Shown here: piece after piece, positions 10,881 through 23,046 of the stretch
Position numbering within the stretch: position 1 is the stretch's first letter
Layout of the letters: the number at the start of each line of letters is the position of its first letter
Assembly: GCA_043228905.1 (NCBI GenBank)
Contig: JBHGNT010000007.1
Coordinates: 13,578,001 to 13,642,000 of the forward strand
Source: Azolla caroliniana
Lineage: Eukaryota > Plantae > Polypodiophyta
DNA length: 64,000 nucleotides
Direction of reading: 5' to 3'
Translations under genes and position numbers: made by a program
Notes under the pieces: model-generated
What the model saw: only the letters and a program-made list of their open reading frames with translations
Databases searched by the model: none
What the model was told of the DNA's origin: nothing

Positions 10881-13800
10881 ATCTGTGCAGCCCATTAGTG
10901 GTTCCATCCCCTCTAAGCAAATTAGTGATGTGTTCGTAGCCCAAGTAGCAGTTAGTACTAAAAGTACCCCTCCAGTACATACCTTAGCCCTTCTAGATTC
11001 CGGAGCTAATTCTTGCTTCATGGATAGGAATTTTGCCCGAGCTCATCAGATATCTCTCAGAAAGCTCCCATGTCCAGCCTCAGTAGTAGTCATTGATGGT
11101 CGTCCCATTGCTTTTGGTAATATCATAGAAGAGTCGGAACCCATTAATATTGTCCTAGATAACTTAACATGTGTAGTATCATTTAATATTATTAGTATTC
11201 CAGAACATCCCATAGTTTTAGGATTACCATGGTTCGAGTTACATAACCCAGACATAGATTGGAGGACAAGGGAAATCCGGTTGCGACAAACCCAAGGATC
11301 TACCCAGAAGGTTGCAACCATTTCGCTACGTCAGTTGCGTGAGGAAGGGCGCAAGGAGGAAATGTTTCTCTTCGCAATATCAGTACAACCCTCCAGCACC
11401 ACCAAAGAGGAGTCCACCGTTCAACTTCCCGAGAAGTATCGTCAGTATGCTGATGTGTTCGATAAAGTACAAGCCAACACACTTCCTCATCATCGGCCGT
11501 ACGATTGCGCCATCGACTTACAACCGGGAAAAGAGCCGCCATGGGGGCCGATCTACAATTTGTCACCAACCGAGCTAGAAGTCCTTCGAGCCTATATAGA
11601 GGAGAATTTGGAGAACGGTTTCATTCGGCATTCGAAATCTCCAGCCGGCGCACCCATTTTCTTCGTCAAGAAAAAAGATGGCTCGCTTCGACTCGTTGTA
11701 GATTACCGTGGCTTGAATAAGGTCACAGTAAGAAATAGGTATGCTCTTCCCCTTATCTCAAGTCTTTTAGAACGGATCAACGGTGCCAGGTTCTTCACGA
11801 AGATCGACTTACGAGGAGCCTATAACCTCGTACGGATCCGACCAGGAGATGAATGGAAGACCGCGTTTCGCACCAGATATGGGCACTTCGAGTATACGGT
11901 CATGCCGTTCGGACTCACTAATGCGCCGGCAGTCTTCCAGCACATGGCGAATGATATATTTCGAGATCTCTTGGATGATTTTTTGATCATCTATTTGGAT
12001 GATCTACTGGTTTATTCAAAGACCCAAGAAGAACATGATTCTCATGTACTATTAGTACTAAAACGACTTCGAGAACATGGTCTGTATGCAAAGTTAGAGA
12101 AATGTAGTTTCGGGTGCAACCAAGTGGAATTTCTCGGCTATGTCATCTCCTCAGAAGGCATATCTATGGACCCAGCCAAGGTCAAAACGGTGATAGAATG
12201 GCACACTCCGCGTTCGGTGCGGGATGTGCAATGCTTCCTAGGCTTTGCAAATTTTTACCGGAAGTTCATACAAAATTACTCAAAAATTGTGCTGCCTCTC
12301 ACACAGCTCACCAGGAAGGGACAATCATTCATTTGGTCTAAAGAGATGGACATGGCTTTCGAGAGTCTTAAGAAGGCGTTTACATCAGCTCCAATTTTAG
12401 GTCATGTGGATCCGGAAAAACCATTCATTATCGAAGCTGACGCATCGGATTTCGCATTGGGGAGCATTCTATCACAACAGGGTAACGACGAGAAGCTACA
12501 TCCTGTGGCTTTCCACTCCCGTAAGTTTGACGCCGCCGAAATCAACTACGAAATTCATGATAAAGAGCTATTAGCAATAGTTGATTCTTTTATGCAATGG
12601 AGGCATTTCCTGGAGGGATCTCCTCATCAGGTCACTGTATTCAGTGACCACAAGAACCTTGCCTACTTTCAAGATGCTCGTGTACTGAATCGACGTCAAG
12701 CTCGGTGGGCCCACTTCCTCACACGCTTCGACTTCAAAATTACATATCGTCCGGGGAAGCACCAAGGGAAGGCAGATGCATTATCACGGCGTTCGTATCT
12801 AACACCACGTCCCGGTGAGCCAGCCTTCGATAACCAGAAGCAAGTAATCTTGGGTCCAGCATGACTGCAAGCAGCACAGGTCTTTGACATGCCCGTGGAT
12901 TCCGACATTACCAATACTATATGTGAGGACTTGAAGACTGACGCTTTCGCCCAAGCTATACTAGCACAAATTGACCCCTCTCGAGCGTCATGTTCACAAT
13001 CACAATCACCAGGTACGGATTATCGGCAATTCAAATATTGTGATGGATTACTCTTCTTTAAAGAACTTTTGTATGTTCCTAATGGTTCTTGCCGCCTTCG
13101 AGTAGTACAAAACTGCCATGACACATATACAGCAGGACATTTTGGTAGTACTAAAACATTAGATTTAGTACAACGATCATTCTGGTGGCCCCGTATGCGA
13201 CAATTTGTCGAAGATTTTGTTCGGACTTGCGATACATGCTGCAGAGCGAAAATGCCAAGACATCATATCATCCATATGGTTTATTAGAACCATTACCAAT
13301 TCCAAGCAAGCCATGGCAATCCATTGCTCTTGACTTCATTACAGATCTTCCAGTCTCTAAGGGATTCAGTGCGATTCTCACAGTGGTGGATCGATATACG
13401 AAGATGGCTCATTTCTTACCATGTACTAAAGAAATATCTAGTGAAGACACCGCCGAAATTGTCATGCGGGAAGTATGTCGGCATCATGGACTCCCTGATA
13501 ATATCATCAGCGATCGTGGACCCCAGTTTGTGTCAAAATTCTAGAAGCACCTTTTTAAAATGCTGAAGGTCACTTGTAACCTCTCCTCCGGCTACCACCC
13601 ACAAACCGACGGTCAAGCCGAACGAACAAATCAAACACTGGAACAGTATCTGCGGTGCTTTCTCAACTATCATCAGAATGACTGGGCAGATATTCTTCAG
13701 TTCGCCGAATTTGCCTATAATAACGCTATCCACGCATCGACTAAAGTCACGCCATTCTACGCTTATACGGGATATCATCCCCGGTGGTGTGTCCTTGAAA

Positions 13801-14429
13801 CCCCAGAAGTGTCCACAAATCCTTGCGCGGAGGATCGTTTGGAGCGGTTACGCAAGATACAAGCGGATTTATCTACTCAACTCCAGCAAGCTCAACAATC
13901 ACACAAGGACTACGCAGATCGTCATCGACTTCCATCCAATTTTAACATTGGAGATCGGGTGTGGCTGCTACGACGACACATCAAGACTACTCGCCCATGT
14001 GAGAAGTTGGATTATCGGCGATTAGGTCCTTTCCGTATTATCGGGAAGATTAATGATGTCGCTTTTCGTCTCGAGCTACCTCCGCAACTTCGGATACATC
14101 CGGTGTTTCATAGTTCTCTCCTCGAACCCTATCACGAGAACACTATCCCAGGACGTACTATACAACCACCACCTCCTATCGAGCTCGAAGATGGCCCTGA
14201 GTATGAGGTCGCTGCCATCCTCGATTCCAAGATTGTTCGCAACAAGCTCTACTATTTAGTCGATTGGCTAGGATATAGTCCCAGCGAGCGTACTTGGGAA
14301 CCGATCGAGAATGTGACCAATGCTCGTGCTCTTCTAGAAGACTTCCATCGACGATATCTCGAGAAACCGGGTCCTCAATCCAAAACGACTCGTGGAACTC
14401 GTCGTTTTAAAGGGGGGATAGTGTCATAA
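10831..14429 (+). pseudogene. pol: Pol (protease, RT, RNase H, integrase, chromodomain) with stops at 12862 and 13542 and a frameshift near 13265
   Basis: LLDSGAN, MPFGLTNAP, YLDD, EADASD, H..GH..CDTC, PQTDGQAER, GPF, HPVFH, and chromodomain YEVAAILDSK..YLVDWLGY..TWEP. Confidence 0.95.
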
Positions 14430-14876
14430 CTAGACTCGAACCCATAACCTTTTGTTACACGGGTCGAGACTTTACCATTAGGTTATGAATTGTAATTTGA
14501 AGGATATTATTTTCATTTAGGTTTTATTGGGAAATTGATGTATATTCCAGATTTCTCTGGAACATTCTAGAAACTTCAGGAGTATTCCTGAAGACACTAT
14601 AAAAGGAGGCGCAAGGCATTAGTTCGAACCAAATCGGTTCAACGCCAGTCTTAAGCCTTCTAACTACTGTTGTATATCTTCCTTCATATAATACATATAT
14701 CTTTCGCATCATCATTCTCTCTCTCTCTCTCTCTCTCTCACTCACTCATTCCTTCTCTCAAAGTTCGACACCTCTCATAGTACTAATCTTTCTCTGTCTT
14801 AGTACTATTCCCCAACAATAGTACTAATCCTTCTTTTAGTACTAATTCCTTCTCTGCCTTAATAGAGTTCCTGACA
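14422..14876 (+). repeat. 3' LTR of the chromovirus
   Basis: Direct repeat of 9103-9575, preceded by the PPT. Confidence 0.97.
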
Positions 14877-15557
14877 AACACCTCCACATGGATAGACGGC
14901 CCCAAGAAGGACTTCTTCACGACGACCGATCAAATGCAAGAAATCTGGTTACCGCCGCTCAACATCCGACGTCTTCGCCACCATCTTCGCCACCAACCAC
15001 CCCCCGATGAACCCCCCTACTCTATCCTTCTCGCCCCCGATGCCTGAAGCTCCCCTTCCGCAGTGCACCCGGGGGTGTGGACTCATTAGGTGACAGGAAC
15101 TACACGCTCCCTATACACAACGCTCGGCCACAACCGAGCTTAGAATCATACACAGAAAACGGGAAATAAATGCACGACACAAAGAAGAGAAGAGTACACA
15201 GGATGTTTACGTGGAAAACCCCAAACTAGGGAAAAAAACCACGGCAGCCCACAGGCTGCAAACTATCACTATGTTAGAATGTACAACAGTGAGTTCACGG
15301 AGGCAACGACCTCGTGCTCACGATCTTCGCCACAGGCGGCGGTTTCAACAGAGGCAACGACCTCTTTCTCTCTCTCTCTCTCTCTGTACACAATTACACA
15401 CTCTCTCTCTTCTTGCACCAACAAGAATAACAACCCACACTAAAAGTTTGCCCTAAGTCATATTTATACTAATATGACTTTTCGGCTATTTACAAATATA
15501 GCCTCGATGGACTCTCAGAAACATATTTACGAATATGTCTCTTCATCCGGTGAGCAC

Positions 15558-15870
15558 TCCTCACCGGGTCTTCACCATCCGGCTCTCCGTAGCCGGGTAC
15601 TCCTCATCCGGTTCTCACCGGGTCTGCACCATCCGGCTCTCCGTAGCCAGGTACTCCTCATCCGGTTCTCACCGAGTCTGCACCATTCGGCTCTCCGTAG
15701 TCGGGTACTCCTCATCCGGTTCTCACCGGGTCTGCACCATCCGGCTGTCCGTAGCCGGGTACTCCTCATCCAGTTCTCACCAGGTCTACACCCTCCGGCT
15801 CTCCATAGTCGGGTACTTCTCATCCGGTTTCCACCGGGTCTGCAACCTCCGGCTCTCCGTAACCGAGTTT
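15558..15870. repeat. 54-bp CCGG-rich tandem array in copia LTR U3 (~5.7 units; ~4.7 units in the other LTR at ~20495-20750)
   Basis: Unit CCGGTTCTCACCGGGTCTGCACCATCCGGCTCTCCGTAGCCGGGTACTCCTCAT, which produces the 18-aa periodicity in overlapping spurious ORFs. Confidence 0.93.
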
Positions 15871-15934
15871 GTTCATCAGCACTGTTCTTCTCCCTTCCCA
15901 TCCGGAAGGACTTGTCTCCCAACAAACTCCCCCT

Positions 15935-18900
15935 TCACTCCGGCATGGGGTGTCTTACTAGTCTGATCCTCTTCCGATATGCATCCAGCTTGTTGGGTAT
16001 CAGCACTTTGGTCAGCATATCTGACCCGTTCTCGGCCGTGTGGATCTTCGTTAGTGCGAACTCCTGGTCATCTACTCTTTCCCAGATCTAGTGATATCTT
16101 CGCTGGATATGCTTCGTCCGGGAATGGTAGGCCGCATTCTTAGCAAGATGGATGGCACTTTGACTGTCGCAATAGAGTCAGTATTCATTTTGCCGGATAC
16201 CGAGCTCTCCGATGAAGTCCTTCATCCATAATATTTCCTTGCCGGCTTCCACAGCCGCCATGTACTCCGCCTTCGTGGTTGACAATGCAACCGTCTTCTG
16301 CAGCCTCGACTGCCGCGAGACAGCTCCCCCTGCATATGTCATTACATACCCGGATGTAGACCGGCTGGTATCCACATCAGCCGACATGTCCGAATCGGTG
16401 AAACCGTCAAGTTGAGGTTTTCCGGAGCCGAATCGGAGACACATATTTGAAGTGCCCTTCAAATACCGGAGTATCCATTTGACCGCGTTCCAGTGCTCCT
16501 TGCCGGGATTGCTCATAAACCGGCTCACCACTCCGACTGCATATCCTATATCCGGTCGGGTACAAACCATTGCGTACATTAAGCTCCCGACAACAGAGGC
16601 ATATGGAATCTTCATCATATCCGCCTTCTCTGCTTTCGTCTTCGGGCTTTGCTTACCGGATAACCTGCAGTTTGCCGGAAGTGTCGATCCGACCGGTTTC
16701 ACATCTGACATGTTGAACCGTTGAAGCACCTTTGTCACGTATTTCTCCTGTGACAGCCATAGTTGCTTCGTTGGCCGGTTCCGGATGATATGCATCCCCA
16801 ACATCTGTCTTGCCGGACCCAAGTCTTTCATTGAGAAGGTCCGGTTGAGAGCCTTCTTCAACATCTGTATTTTGGCTTGGTCTCGTCCGACGATCAACAT
16901 GTCGTCCACGTATAGAAGGAGTATCAGGAAGTCGCCTCCTTCGAACTTCTTCACAAACACGCAGTGATCGGCCTGCATCTTGTGGTACCCTTGATCGGTC
17001 ATGAAGGAGTCAAACTTCCGGTACCATTGCCGGGGAGCCTGCTTCAGTCCGTACAGGCTCTTCTTCAGCCGGCATACCAGGTGCTCCTTCCCTTTCTCCA
17101 CAAATTCCTCCGGTTGCTGCATGTAAATCTCCTCTTCGAGGTCGTCGTGAAGGAATGTCGTCTTCACGTCCAGCTGTTCTACCTCGAGGTCCATGCTTGC
17201 CGCTATACTCAGCACCGTCCGGATGGAGGTCATCTTTACTACCGGGGCAAATATCTCGTCAAAGTCCACGCCCTTTTTCTGTAGGGACCCCTTCACCACG
17301 ATTCTGGCTTTGTATCTCGGGGGGTTGCCGGCATCTCCCAGTTTCAACTTGTACACCCACTTGTTTCGGAGTGCCTGCTTTCCTTTCGGCAACTCCACCA
17401 ATTCGTACGTATGGTTTTCATGCAGGGAATCCATCTCATCCTGCATGGCACTTAACCATTTGCGGCTGTGGGTGACATCCTTCGCTTCTTCGAAGCTTTC
17501 TGGCTCCCACTCATCGGTTAACAACACATGCTCTGCATCCGGAAATCTCCAGGGGGGCCTTCTCTCTCTGAGAGGATATCTCCGTCTTTGGGCTTCGGTA
17601 ACCGGCTCGTCCATTTGCTCTTCATCCGAATCTGATTCAGGGTCTTGGTTGGTTCCGGTTTCAACTTCCTTTACTTCTTCTTCAGCCTGTTCGGTATCCT
17701 CACCGTAACCGGTTGGTCCCTCGAGTGCTAACCGGTCTCTTGCTGGTTGGATCTGCTCATCGTAGAGTCGATCCTTACCGGTCGACTCAAAGTTCATTAT
17801 CTTCTTCTCCGACTCCCAGTCGGCGAGCGTCTTGTCCTCCATGAAGATAATATCTCGACTCCGGAATACCTTCTTGTCGACCAGGTCCCACACTCGATAG
17901 TCGAACTCATTGTCACCGTAACCGAGGAATATGCATGGCCGGGTCTTTGGATCTAACTTTCCTCTCCGGTCCTTAGCTACATGCACGTACGCGAGACACC
18001 CGAACACCTTCAGATGCCGGTAGGATACTTCCTTACCGGTCCATACTCTCTGTGGCGTGTCTCCGTCCAAGGGTACTGAGGGTGATCAATTTATCACATA
18101 TGTCACCATCGACAATGCCTTAGCCCAAAACTTCTTGGGTAGTTTTGCATGCGCTAGCATACTCCGGACCCTCTCCATTATGGTCCGGTTCATCCTCTCA
18201 GCCAGTCCGTTTAGTTCCAGTGTTTTCGGCACAGTAAATTCGAGTCAGATTCCCTTCGAGCGGCAGTACTCCTCGAACTTCCCCCGGTATTCTCCTCCGT
18301 TATCTGCTCGAACCGCCTTCAGCTTCCGGCCGGTTTCTCTTTCCACTCTCACGTGGAGCTCTTTGAAGACGGATAGCACCTGATCCTTCGTCTTCAACGG
18401 TGTGGCCCACAACTTCCGACTGTGGTCATCTATGAACGTCACGAAGTACTACGCTCTGGCATGTGACTTCGTGTCTACTTGACACACATCCGTATGCACC
18501 AACTCCAGTGGTGCATTACGTCTCATCGGTGGCCTTGGTCGGAAGGAGGTCCAGTTTTGCTTACCGGCCAGACAATCAGTGCACTTCTCCAAGTGCACGT
18601 TCTTCACTGGAATGAGGTTGTCGTCTGCAAGCCTCTTCATCCCCTTCTCGCTCATATGACATAGCCTCTTGTGCCATAGCTCACCGGCAGTGTCGGATGC
18701 CACATTCACTTCTTCCGGACATAACCGGGCATTCATCAGGTACAGTGTGTTGACCTTCCGGGCCCAAGCCACAATCAGGCTCCCTTTGCTGAACTTCATG
18801 ACATCGTTTCGGATGCTACCCGTGTAGCCTTCATCATCTAGCCGACCGGCTGATATCAGGTTCAGAAGAACCTCCGGAACGTGTCGAACATCCTTCAGCA

Positions 18901-19981
18901 GCAACTTGCATCCGGTTGGTGTTGTCAGCCACACATCTCCTATGCCGACAATTCGGCATGTACCTTCATTCCCCATCCGGACACAGTCATGATCACCGGC
19001 TGAGTAGAATGAGAAGCATTTCCGGTCCGGGGTAAGCTGGAACGACGCTCCAGAGTCTACCACCCAGGTCCTCTCGTCGCCGGCAAGGTTTATCTCACTC
19101 TCCTCGGTGATGAGCATCAACTCTTCTTCACTTGCTGCGATTGCCATCATTCCCTTCCGGTCCGGCCCCCTCCGGTCTTTACCGTTCCGGTCCGGGGTCC
19201 GCTTCGAATCGGTACCGTCGGTTTCCTTGTCTTTTCGGAATTGCCGACAGTTCTTTTGGAAGTGTCCCGGCTTGCCGCAATAGAAGCAAGTAGGCCTCCC
19301 CCTTGACTTTGACCGTGTCCCCGACTTCTCCCGGTTCTGGGGACTACGGTTTCTATGTCTTCCGCATTCCGATTCGGTAAGGAGCGCTTTGGAGTCGGAG
19401 CTCATATCTTTATCTTTCTGATGCGCCTCCTCATCTAGCAAGCTCGACTTTACTCTTGCTAGGGATAACCGCTTTCCTTCCGGCCCGGCGTTGCCCAAAG
19501 TGACAACCAACGTCTCCCAGCTATCCGGGAGGGAACCGAGCAGGAGTAGCGCTAGTACCTCATCGGCGAGAGGTACTTCCAATGAAGTTGCCTGGTGGAT
19601 CAGCCCCTGGAAGGCATTCATGTGCTCCGCCATGCTGGAGCCATCTTGGTACCGGAGTCTTACTAGCTTCCGAAATACCGAAACCTGATTAACAACATTT
19701 TTGTTCTGAAACATAATGCCGATCTTCTCCTAGAGCTCATGAGCCTTGCTCTCTTCATTGAAGTTGTTGTATAGGCTCATGTCGATGAAGCACCGTATGT
19801 ACGTCGTTGTCTTCATGTGCATCACCTCCCATACGGTGGCATCGATTTTGTCCAATCTCTTGTCCCCAAACTAAACCGGCAACCAAAGATCTTTAACCAC
19901 GAGCATATCCCTCATCTTCGACTTCCACACTGAATAGTTGGAGCCGGTGAGCTTGAACATGCCGCCCAACGATTCGTCCAT
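15935..19981 (-). pseudogene. Copia gag-pol polyprotein with several in-frame stops
   Basis: CFYCGKPGHFQKNC, WVVDSGAS, WHKRLCH..CTDC, RADNGGEY, YKARIVVKG, LYGLKQAPRQW, YVDDML, FTDSD. Confidence 0.95.
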
Positions 19982-20281
19982 TTTTTGTGTCGTTTCGCTC
20001 TGATACCACTTGACAGGAACTGCACGCTCCCTATACGCAATGCTCGGCCACAACCGAGCTTAGAATCATACACAGAAAACGGGAAATAAATGCACGACAC
20101 AAAGAAGAGAAGAGTACACATGATGTTTACGTGGAAAACCCCAAACTAGGGAAAAAAACCACGGCAGCCCACAGGCTACAAACTATCACTATGTTAGAAT
20201 GTACAACAGTGAGTTCACGGAGGCAACGACCTCGTGCTCACGATCTTCGCCACAGGCGGCGGTTTCAACAGAGGCAACGAC

Positions 20282-20322
<41 letters not shown>

Positions 20323-20819
20323 CACAGTTACACACTCTCTCTCTTCTTGCACCAACAAGAATAACAACCCACACTAAAAGTTTGCCCTAAGTCATATTTA
20401 TACTAATATGACTTTTCGGCTATTTACAAATATAGCCTCAATGGACTCTCATAAACATATTTACGAATATGTCGCTTCATCCGGTGAGCATTCCTCACCA
20501 GGTCTTCACCATCCGGCTCTCCGTAGCCGGGTACTCCTCATCCGGTTCTCACCGGGTCTGCACCATCCGGCTGTCCGTAGCCGGGTACTCCTCATTCGGT
20601 TCTCACCGGGTCTGCACCATCCGGTTGTCCGTAGCCGGGTACTCCTCATCCAGTTCTCACCGGGTCTACACCCTCCGGCTCTCCATAGCCGGGTACTTCT
20701 CATCCGGTTTCCACTGGGTCTGCAACCTCCGGCTCTCCGCAACCGAGTTTGTTCATCAGCACTGTTCTTCTCCCTTCCCATCCGGAGGGACCTGTCTCCC
20801 AACATTAGGTTGGGGGGTA

Positions 20820-21397
20820 TGTTAAGCGTTTGGATCACACCACGACCAGTAATGAAGAAGAGCACATCGACAAGGACGTAGTATGGCTAAAGGACCTACG
20901 AAGAGGGAATGGCAAGAGGAAAGAGGACTAATGGACATCCAAGTGTGAAAGGTCCACACCCTAAATGTAAATGCTATATAAACCACATAGTGGTGGCTTT
21001 GTAAGGGTTCTTTCATTTGTAAAGATCTCCCTATTGATTAAGAGCTAGAGCTTCCTCTCCTCCTTCTTGTAACCTTTAAGCTTAAGAGAGATTAGTGAGG
21101 TGTTTAGTTCTAAAGAGAACACTAATCTCTCTTCCTTGTTGGTGCTAGACCTCTTAGCAAAGAGGGTTAATAAACATATTCATTACTCTTATTGTCTATA
21201 TTCATAATTTACCCTATTGGCTATGAGAGCGAGCTTGAGAGAGTGAGAGAGATATCGTGCTTAATCATCTATTAATCGTTAAGTGAGTGTGAGGCTCGGA
21301 GGTGTCCAACAACCATCTCCGCCTGATTCGCCATCAAAAGGGTATACGCCGGTCCGAACTCCGCAAACGACATCGAGGAGTTAACTCCATCGATACA
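20820..21397 (+). repeat. 3' LTR of the outer LTR element (right boundary approximate)
   Basis: PPT-like TGGGGGGTA immediately before TGTTAAG at 20820, GCTATATAAA TATA at ~20973, AATAAA at ~21169, and a palindromic GGAGTTAACTCC segment before CA at 21397. The partner LTR is not in the window. Confidence 0.65.
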
Positions 21398-21958
21398 TAG
21401 ATCCTACACATATTGCAACAAGGATTCTAAATGGTATTTTTAATTAAAAAGGAACATTCTTGTCTGATAAGATATATACAATCTTAGATGAATATCTATT
21501 TTGATACTACATCTTAGCCTAGAAATTGGCTTGTAATGAAGAAATCTTGTATGATGAAAACTTGTTGGTCAATAAGAAGAGAACAAAATCTCTTCAAGAT
21601 TTATTGATTTTCTACAAACAGTTGGTACCTTGGTACCTTTGAAATTACAATTATATTCTTTTGTTGTAAATCTCTGAGTTTTTATCCACTCGAGTTCAAA
21701 CCTCATCATTTACACTCTCATCAATCACCCATCAATAATATCAATCAAATCTCAACGCATGTGAGACTAAAGTCTTTCCTCTTTTTGAGAAATCAAGGAA
21801 TAAATGAAATTGTGAGAGAACAAAAAGACCGAAATGGAGTTTTGTGCTAGCTAAGTGTAGTTGTATCCTTGATCATGACGGTTGCATCAACCTCTGTATT
21901 TGTAATATGATGTTAAAATAGATGAAGTTCACTTTAGTATGTTAAACCCTACGGCAGC

Positions 21959-22370
21959 TAACAATCGGCAATTGTTTGGTTTGGTTTGGTTTGGTTCAAT
22001 TTGAGACTGTCAACCTCGAACCATTTAAAACCAAACTATATAAAAAATTTAAAACTTAATCCGAACCACGAAACTGTTTAAACCAAACCATTATGAAAAC
22101 TCAAGCTCAAACCAAACGGTTTTGGAGACTTTCAAACCTTTAAACTGTTGAACGGTTAAAATTGTGGTTTCGCGGTTCGGTTTTGGTTTTCAAGTTAGGT
22201 CAAAATTCTAAATTTCACATTTTAGTTTTAAAATTTTAAAATTTTTCAATATTTCAAATTTTAATTTTTTAAACCGAAAACCGTGAAACTGATAAAGGTT
22301 CGAACCGAATCAAACCATTTAAACCATTAACTTGTTAAACCGCAGTTTTGTGAATTGTTGCCCATTGCTA
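21959..22370. mobile_element. hAT-type MITE
   Basis: TIRs TAACAATCGGCAA / TTGCCCATTGCTA (2 mismatches), 8-bp TSD ACGGCAGC / ACGGTAGC, and many subterminal AAACC(G)/GGTTT motifs. Confidence 0.8.
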
Positions 22371-23046
22371 ACGGTAGCTCATCACTTAATTTGGTTCCCA
22401 TCGAAACCCAAACACTCTTTTATTGAAAATGCTTGATTGACAACTATCCCTTACTTCCTAGTTCTATTTAATAGTAACCCCCAGGAACGAAAAGCTTTAG
22501 AATAATGCTAGATTTACCCAAATACTTATAGTAGAGAACACTATAGCAAGCACCTGAGAGCACTACGTGTGATTGCAATAGCAAAAGCAACACGAGTTAA
22601 TATAGATCATGCTTATGTAACTGAGCAGATACACATGAAACTTACAAATTGAGAAACTAGCCCCCACTATAATTCTATAGTTCATTTATATGCATTAAGT
22701 TGTTAGAACAAACAACCACCACACTTAAACACATTCAATAGAGCTCCTTTTCACTTTGCCTACATGTATTATGAGGTTTGATGGTGCTTGTTCACACCTA
22801 ACACTACCATTTCAACTTGTAGTGAGTAATATCTTGGGCTTGAATTCTACATTATGATGCTTTGGCTTGCCAATCTCCCTTTAACAACTAGATTTAGTTT
22901 GCACTACTCTCGCTTTTACTTTTTATAATGACCGTGATCAATGAAGTTAGTTGTAGACCATTGGACAAGAAGCTTGACAAAGAACATCTATAACTAAAAG
23001 AGTGTGTACTATTGCACATCAGGGTACAAGGGTATTCTAGATCACA

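Larger units (their letters stand above)
9103..14876 (+). mobile_element. Full-length chromoviral Ty3/gypsy element (Tcn1/Tf1-sushi-like), TSD AACAC
   Basis: Near-identical LTRs at 9103-9575 and 14422-14876 (TGTCA...TGACA). AACAC at 9098-9102 and 14877-14881. Domain order gag-PR-RT-RH-INT-chromodomain. PPT AAAGGGGGGATAG at 14409-14421. Confidence 0.97.
15091..20804 (-). mobile_element. Full-length Ty1/copia element, TSD TTAGG
   Basis: LTRs at 15091-15924 and 20011-20804. TTAGG at 15086-15090 and 20805-20809. tRNA-iMet PBS TGGTATCAGAGC at 19997-20008, PPT GGAGTGAAGGGGGAGTT at 15925-15941, and gag-PR-INT-RT-RH order. Confidence 0.97.

Noticed and set aside
15558-15870. CRISPR-like regular repeat
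   Set aside because: The units are head-to-tail with no unique spacers, they lie inside a eukaryotic LTR, and there are no cas genes.
15474-16091. ORFs with 18-aa repeats (SPGLHHPALRSRVLLIRF), also at 20408-20881, 46338-46727 and 47187-47504
   Set aside because: They are translations of the 54-bp LTR tandem array, open in several frames on both strands, and are not genes.
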